The translations under genes and the position numbers were made by a program. A stretch of 63,417 nt of DNA, filler included, from Aduncisulcus paluster (lineage: Eukaryota): assembly GCA_024181965.1 (NCBI GenBank). It is 9 parts of 9 records of this genome, joined end to end, with 100 filler letters (N's around TTAATTAATTAA, not from the genome) between each part and the next. Parts side by side here need not be neighbours in the genome. Positions count along the whole stretch, not along the records: positions 53,072 to 63,417 come from BQXS01010091.1; 8 more parts are not named here. One strand, 5' to 3'. Below are positions 56,685 to 63,417 of this stretch, piece after piece (the stretch's first letter is position 1; every line of letters begins with the position of its first letter). The notes under the pieces are model-generated. The model did not search any database and was not told where the DNA came from. It saw only the letters and a list, made by a program, of their open reading frames with translations.

Positions 56685-57374
56685 TTCTATTCGTTTCTTC
56701 TCAAAGTGAATATCTTTTTCTATTTGAGAAGTGCTTGCATCCTCTGTTGTCGATGATACATATTTTTTTGAATCAATTTGGTATATTATTGGATTTGAAT
56801 CAATATGAGTTGATATATCCGTTTCATGTTCATAAATACTATCTTGGTGGCCTGGAAACTTCGCCTTTTCAATGGAACTTCTAATTATAAATAAAACAAA
56901 ACAATTTTCACCAATTTAAAAATAAAATTGATTTAAGAGAGAGTTAATATCATATAAATTTTAAATATCCTTCTAAATGCCTCAGAAAAATGCCCACAAA
57001 AAATATTCACCGGTACATACATATCCTCACACTCTCTTCCATCTTCTTTTGTTCTAGATGCCATTTTTCGAATGATTGGAATTTCATTCATCACTATTTA
57101 TGTGTGAGTTGGCGAGAAAACTCTCAAACTTTTACCCAGGCCAAAATAAATTGCATACTATTAAATTTGAGTTATAATTTACCCTTTACCTTCCATTTAA
57201 TTAAATGAGGCACCCTCTAATGTTCACAAATATTGCTCATTTCATCTTTAAAAATTCTTTGCTTCGTAACAAAGCAAAATTGAACTAATAATAATTAAAA
57301 TTAATGGAACATCCATATTGACAGCAGAATCATAACTTAAAATTTCGTTTAATTAGCTCTGGCGCTGTAAAATA

Positions 57375-60300
57375 ATGATCAAGCCTTTTCTCGACATGGA
57401 AATCGAAATTTCTCGTAAAATATCAATATTGGCACATTTATATGAAAAAATTCGTCTCTCAAGCAAGATAGTATTCCTACCATTGAGAGGTGAATATTCC
57501 CATATTAATGAGCCCATAGATGATCGAGAAAGGACCGAACATAAAAATAGATACGAATTAGAGACATTAAAGACAAAAAGCAATATATATACAGACGATA
57601 AGGCAATAGATAGCACTTTATTAGGTACTTTTTCTCAATCTCTTCTTTCTACGCTGTTTCAGAGGGCGGATTCTTTACAAACTGAGTGTGAGCAAGAAAC
57701 CCGTATATGTAAGGTTCTAATCGATGAGAAATGTAAGCATTCTGAGATGATGAAGGATCATTGTGTATCAATTGCTCAATTAAAGCAATTCCTTCTTAAA
57801 TTGTTTGTAATTTGTAATAATCCTTCAACTACACCGCAAATACCATCATCATCTACACGAATCCATTCCGATTTATCTTCGACCAATCCGCAACAGGAAC
57901 TTCTCACGAATTCATCCTTATTGAGTTTATCAAAGATATTTAATACAGTATCAACGTGCTCACAACAAATATATGATCTATTAACCCTCTTAGATAACTA
58001 TATTCGACAGTATCACACTGGATCATCCACAGAGACGGCTATTGCTGACATTTCGTTTATTCTCACAGAATTGATGGGAATGAAGATGAAAACATCATCC
58101 TCTTCCTCCTCTATACCATCTACAACGGCTGCAGCCTTTGCAATGACCCCTTCTTTCACAATGTCCCCATCTGCGTCTTCTCCGACCTCTTTTTCTTCTG
58201 CCCCCATTCTTCCTTGCCTTTCGCTCTCTTCTGCGGCACTCTCAGTCGTTTCTGTGCTTGTTTCATGGGACATGGAACTCTTGGCAAGGATAAAAATGTC
58301 GTATGCCCGCACCACAGCCTATGTAAGATATATCATGAATAATAGTCTATATTCACAAATTGAATCAGTTTTAACAATTAATAACCCATTTGTGGAGTTT
58401 TTATTGGAATTTTCAAAGCTTTGTGTTCAGAAGGGTTCCGTTTCTCCTCTCAAGCATCGAAGGTTGGAGAAGAAATGCAGACAACTTTTGAACAACAATC
58501 GGAACCGAAGCAATATATATAACACACACAATAACTTAAATAACTCTTCCGATTTCTTCTCTCCTTCCTTCTCATTCACATATTTACTCCCAGGAACATC
58601 AGGCGTATTTTCTCACACTCTCGAACAAATTGATATTATTAGATCTGCAGTGGCAGAATTAATGGATTTAGCTGCGTTATGTTCTAAATATATATCTGAG
58701 AAAGAAAGGATGAGACTCTGTGTTCGAGAACGGTGTGATTATCTTTACTCGTATGAAGAGGAAGAGGAAGAAGAGGATGAGGGAAGAAGAAGAAGAGGAA
58801 GAAGAAAAAGAAGAGGAAGAGGAGGAAGAGGAGGAAGAATCATATGAAGTTCGGTTTAATGAAGAGTTTGAGGATAAGGAGATATCCCCCAGCAAACAAG
58901 GAGGACAGTACCAGAAAGGAATCAAGAAAGGAATCAAGAAAGGAATCAAGAAAAGAACCAAATCCAATCAATCTGCATCCGATTCTCCGAATACCTTTGG
59001 TTTTATTTCAAGACGTATCTTTCAACAATTGAAAAGTATATATCCATATATGTCAACCCTCTCTCCCTCTTCCTCTCCTTCGATCTTCTCTCCAAGTGCT
59101 CTCGAACTCTCACTTCTGTCGATTGCGACCCATTCGCACACAGAAATGGAACTTGTATATAATCAGCTTGGAGAGTTAGCTACACTCATCAAGACAAATT
59201 ATACAGAGATTACAAGGCAATGCGTCGAAGAGAAGGAAGATGGGGTTGAAAAGAACACAAGAAAGATAATTGGGGATTGCGCAAGGGTGTTTACCGTGGC
59301 AGCATCTAAGTCAGCCTTCGCCAAAGCACAGCAATTGAAATTGTATTCACAGAATCTCCAAGTCCAACTTACTAAGATCGAGAATGACTATCCCTTGTTA
59401 TCCACAGTGGAGAATTCGTTTATATCTGTCATGTTTCAATCACCTTTCTCTTCACTCCCACCTCTGATACCTCCATTTCTGCCTCGGATGTTGCTTGAAA
59501 TCACTAGAAAACACACTCAAATATCTCTGCAGAACTGTTTGTCCTCCCTGGCGACCTGTAATGATATAGAACTAATGCAAACGAGTGTTACAAGAAGATG
59601 TCAGGGTATTGAATCATGGTATGTTAGTCTGAATGAGAAATTGGCCGAGATTAGTAAGAAACTTGAAGTTCAGGATCATGGAAAGCCCGCTTCCTCTTCC
59701 TCTTCCAGTATACAAGATCCAAGAGAGTGTGAGATGATTGTTCATTCAATTTTAGGTTTGTTAATTCACCATTCACGTATGTTGGCCGCTCTCCAAGAAG
59801 TATTCGCACTATTCGACACCGCCCTGATTCAATGGATCCGGCAAACGAATAGATGTGGCAATATCATAACTTTACAGAAGCAACCAGAGTTCATTTCACT
59901 TCACACAACTTTGTGTGGGCTCCATTCAGATGGAGATTCTTTATCTCACCATCTCTTGTCTCTTTTATCGACNNNNNNNNNNNNNNNNNNNNTCCAAGAA
60001 GTATTCGCACTATTCGACACCGCCCTGATTCAATGGATCCGGCAAACGAATAGATGTGGCAATATCATAACTTTACAGAAGCAACCAGAGTTCATTTCAC
60101 TTCACACAACTTTGTGTGGGCTCCATTCAGATGGAGATTCTTTATCTCACCATCTCTTGTCTCTTTTATCGACTGCAATTAATCACACACAATCGTACAA
60201 AACACTCTCTCACGTTGAGGATACTGTCAAAACACTCACTCACCTTCTATCATCTGTTCTACTCAAGGCTGGGTCTGTTCTAGGAAACATTGAAAATGAA

Positions 60301-63300
60301 CTGATAGGTGTGTCACCCAGTCATGCCATAAAAGACGTTAAATCAAGGGATGAAAGAGCTGAACAAAAGAGGTTGGGAATGTCCTGGTCAGATGAAGGGA
60401 AAAAGAAGAGGAAGAAGTCTAAAAATAGAAAGTCCAAAAATAGAAAATCTATAATAGATGACAGTGGAGATGGAATCGGTGTCGATGAGATTGATATTCC
60501 AAGAGAATTTGGTCTTGATGAGGAGTATGAAGATGAAAGGGGAGCATGGGATGGAGAAGAATCAGAGAATTCATACTCTTCAGAGTCAGAGTCAGAGTCA
60601 GAGTCAGAGTCAGAGTCAGACTTTGATGGAATGGACAGCCGAGGAAGTGAAGGTAAGCATAGAAAAGGTAAGAAAGATCCTGACAAATATACCATTGCCA
60701 TTCCAGCAAGCCAGAGTAATGCTGACACTGATGCTGACACTGATGACACTGAAGATCGATCAACCAGTGCCGGAAGCAGAGATATAATTGGAGACACTCT
60801 TGAGAAACTTCTGGATGTGCACACAACAACGTCAAGGTGGTACAGAGGTCAACAGAAGGGAAGAGAGGCAGCCACAGACAAATCAGAATCTAGAGAATCT
60901 GACAGTGACATTGGAAAGAAAAGGAGTATCTCTTCAATAGGAATAGACAGGATAAAATCTCACCACAGAGGGACCTCTCTTCAGCATATTGTTGATGGTG
61001 TCTGGCAAGATACCCTTCATGATACTTCAATTCAATTAGACTATCTTGAGAAAACTCTTGGAAAGCTCCGTGATACCCGTATTTTATCCAAAGAAACTGA
61101 AGAAGGGTTTAGAGCTGTTAAAGAGGGATATAGCGTGATTGAAAAAGTTGTTGCAAATAGACTCGAAAAAGAGAAAGAGGAAGAAGATGAAGAGAGGAGA
61201 AAGTATGCCAAACACGATATAAATGCAAGAGAAGAGGAAGAAGAAGAAGGAGAGGAAGAGAAAGCAGAGCCNNNNNNNNNNNNNNNNNNNNCACCACAGA
61301 GGGACCTCTCTTCAGCATATTGTTGATGGTGTCTGGCAAGATACCCTTCATGATACTTCAATTCAATTAGACTATCTTGAGAAAACTCTTGGAAAGCTCC
61401 GTGATACCCGTATTTTATCCAAAGAAACTGAAGAAGGGTTTAGAGCTGTTAAAGATGGATATAGCGTGATTGAAAAAGTTGTTGCAAATAGACTCGAAAA
61501 AGAGAAAGAGGAAGAAGATGAAGAGAGGAGAAAGTATGCCAAACACGATATAAATGCAAGAGAAGAGGAAGAAGAAGAAGGAGAGGAAGAGAAAGCAGAG
61601 CCTATTCAAGGAGATATCCATGAAGAAAGCGAAGAGGAGAGAGAAGGAGAAGAGAGAGATGTGTGGGATAAAGAAAAGAAGAAGAGAAAGAAGAGAAGGA
61701 AGAAGAAGAAATCCTCTTCTTTGTATGGTTCCTCTGGCGTTGTCCAATGCTCTCGTCTTCTTTCACAGCTTACTGGAGCAATTGGAAGTGTTGGAGTATG
61801 GATTCGTGGGCAGCGTGCTACTCTATTCCACTCTCTATTCCCTTCTACCTCTTCCTCTTCCTCTTCCTCTTCCTCTTCCTCTTCCTCTTCCTCTTCCTCT
61901 TCATCTTCCTCTTCATCTTCCTCTTCCTCTTCTCCTCCTGCATTGACACTTTCCCTTAACACTCTTGCATCGTGTGCTTCCTCCTTGCTTGCCTCAAAGG
62001 GGAATGGCGAGGAATATATTCGGACTTGCCAACAATTAAGTTCAAAGGCTGTCGGGAAGATATCTTCAGAGCTTGAAAAGATTGGTGTGGATTCAATAAT
62101 GGATATTATGGCGACATCTGCACCACCAGAGAAGATGAAACAGCATTCGGAAAGCGAATCGTTACAATTGGCCTCAGCCGCTGGCGTTAAGAAAGATGTT
62201 CACGATGGTATTTGGGGTCTGTGTAACGTTTCTGAAAGTAATGTTGGATCCTTGATGAAACTAGTGCATGTTTGTATCGATATTGGAGAGAAAATGGAAG
62301 AGAAACGGGAAAAAGTGATGGAACTTAAAGCTAATCTGATAGATATTCATCAGGAATTTGAAAGAGTCGTGACGATATCATTTGATCCTTTGAATGGAGA
62401 TGTCACAATGAAAGAACAAGAAGAATCAGATGATGCAAGAGAAAGTGTTGTGAAGTCCGAACATTCGTCAGAATCTCCTGGTTTTAGTCTTTCTCAAAAT
62501 CTTAATGGAATTCAATCAATCTTGCAATCAGAGTTTATGAGTCTTCCAGATAAGTTTAAGGCTATTTATGAGATGTATCGGTATGTTATTCTGAATAAGG
62601 AAGGAGAATTGCTCCTTGAAAAGATCTTTGAACTTGAGAAAGAGATATTTTGGCTTACTGGACACGTTGCACTTGCGAAGACCTCCTTATCCTCAACTGA
62701 TTCAACCCACGTCGGTTTTGAGGAAGATAGAGGAGAAGAAAGAGAAGGCGTTGTGATAGATATTCCCGACTCTGAAGCAAGAGATGATTCCTCATTCGCT
62801 CTTCCTGAATATTGTTCTTATTTGCCTCTTCCTTACTCTTCTTCCGCGCTCTCTCGTATCTCTGTGACATCTGGATCTTTCTTATCAGCCCTAAATAATC
62901 TATCTTCTCAAACTGTTCCAATTATAGATCTTTATTGCGCACTTGATGATGTATGTTGCAATTGTGAGGTGTGGAATGCGCTTGAAACGGAGGGAATCGC
63001 TCAGATTGGCAGTGTTGGTGGAAGGGTTGAGGAAAGACGAGCCTGGATGCTGAAAAGTATGAGACCCAAGAAAGAAAAGGAAGAAAAGGAAGAAAAGGAA
63101 GAAAAACGAAGATACTGTACCAAAGAACAAGAATCACAAGAAGCAAGTGAAGAGGAAGAAGAGGAAGAAGAGGAAGAAGAGGAAGAAGAGAGAGAAGAGA
63201 GAGGAGAGAGAGACCAAGATATTGTGAATGATATTTGTTTCCATTCCCTTCCTCCATTTGAATGTGGAATAGAGTCTCTTGGTGTTAGTGAGAGTGTATC

Positions 63301-63417
63301 AGAATGTATCAATACTAAGGATTCTGAACAAATATGTTTGATTTATGAAGCTATTGCGCAAAAAATACAAGAATTACAGAGAAAGGAAGAGGAGGAAGAA
63401 GAGGAGGAGGAAGAAGA
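57375..63417 (+). CDS. Giant helical/acidic hypothetical protein, one gene: indel near 58781-58783, duplicated gaps at 59973 and 61272, runs off the window
   Basis: Removing one G in GATGAGGGAAGAA joins the 490-aa and 868-aa ORFs (DEEEE...ESYEVRF). After the 61272 gap the frame from 61292 (HHRGTSLQ...) appears open to the window end. Confidence 0.65.

Noticed and set aside
58770-58847. Programmed ribosomal frameshifting here and at about 5200-5230
   Set aside because: Both shifts lie in GAA/GAG purine microsatellites with no shared slippery-site or stop motif. Sequencing or slippage indels are more likely, and reads would settle it.

Overview
This window is eukaryotic genomic DNA, not one continuous locus. 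It joins nine contig or scaffold pieces with 100-nt artificial linkers (N44-TTAATTAATTAA-N44), and eight 20-N scaffold gaps are each flanked by a re-assembled duplicate of the neighbouring sequence. The gene content points to an anaerobic, flagellated fornicate/Carpediemonas-like protist such as Aduncisulcus (inference, no search run): a Giardia-like class II fructose-bisphosphate aldolase, a nitroreductase, a TTLL enzyme, a gamma-tubulin complex protein, lineage-expanded DLG kinases and LRR/EGF surface proteins, in a compact genome with few GT-AG introns. Other recognisable genes are a KH protein, a CLU/TPR protein, a DDRGK1-like protein, an RPB3/AC40-family RNA polymerase subunit, cyclin H, two eRF1 halves, cactin, USP14, GID8 and a RabGGTase-beta fragment. 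The most unusual observations are: (1) a non-coding stretch at about 50.46-50.95 kb built largely from abutting short palindromes, next to an orphan 3' gene fragment; (2) a modular kinase family whose N-terminus is a tandem ~160-aa domain I do not recognise, with an adjacent kinase-less copy; (3) eRF1 C- and N-terminal halves at opposite ends of one contig, flanking cyclin H; (4) an RNA polymerase alpha-like subunit with an archaeal-type Fe-S motif; and (5) a CLU protein with a putative acylated N-terminus, PEVK-like repeats, and UBL and Zn-finger modules.
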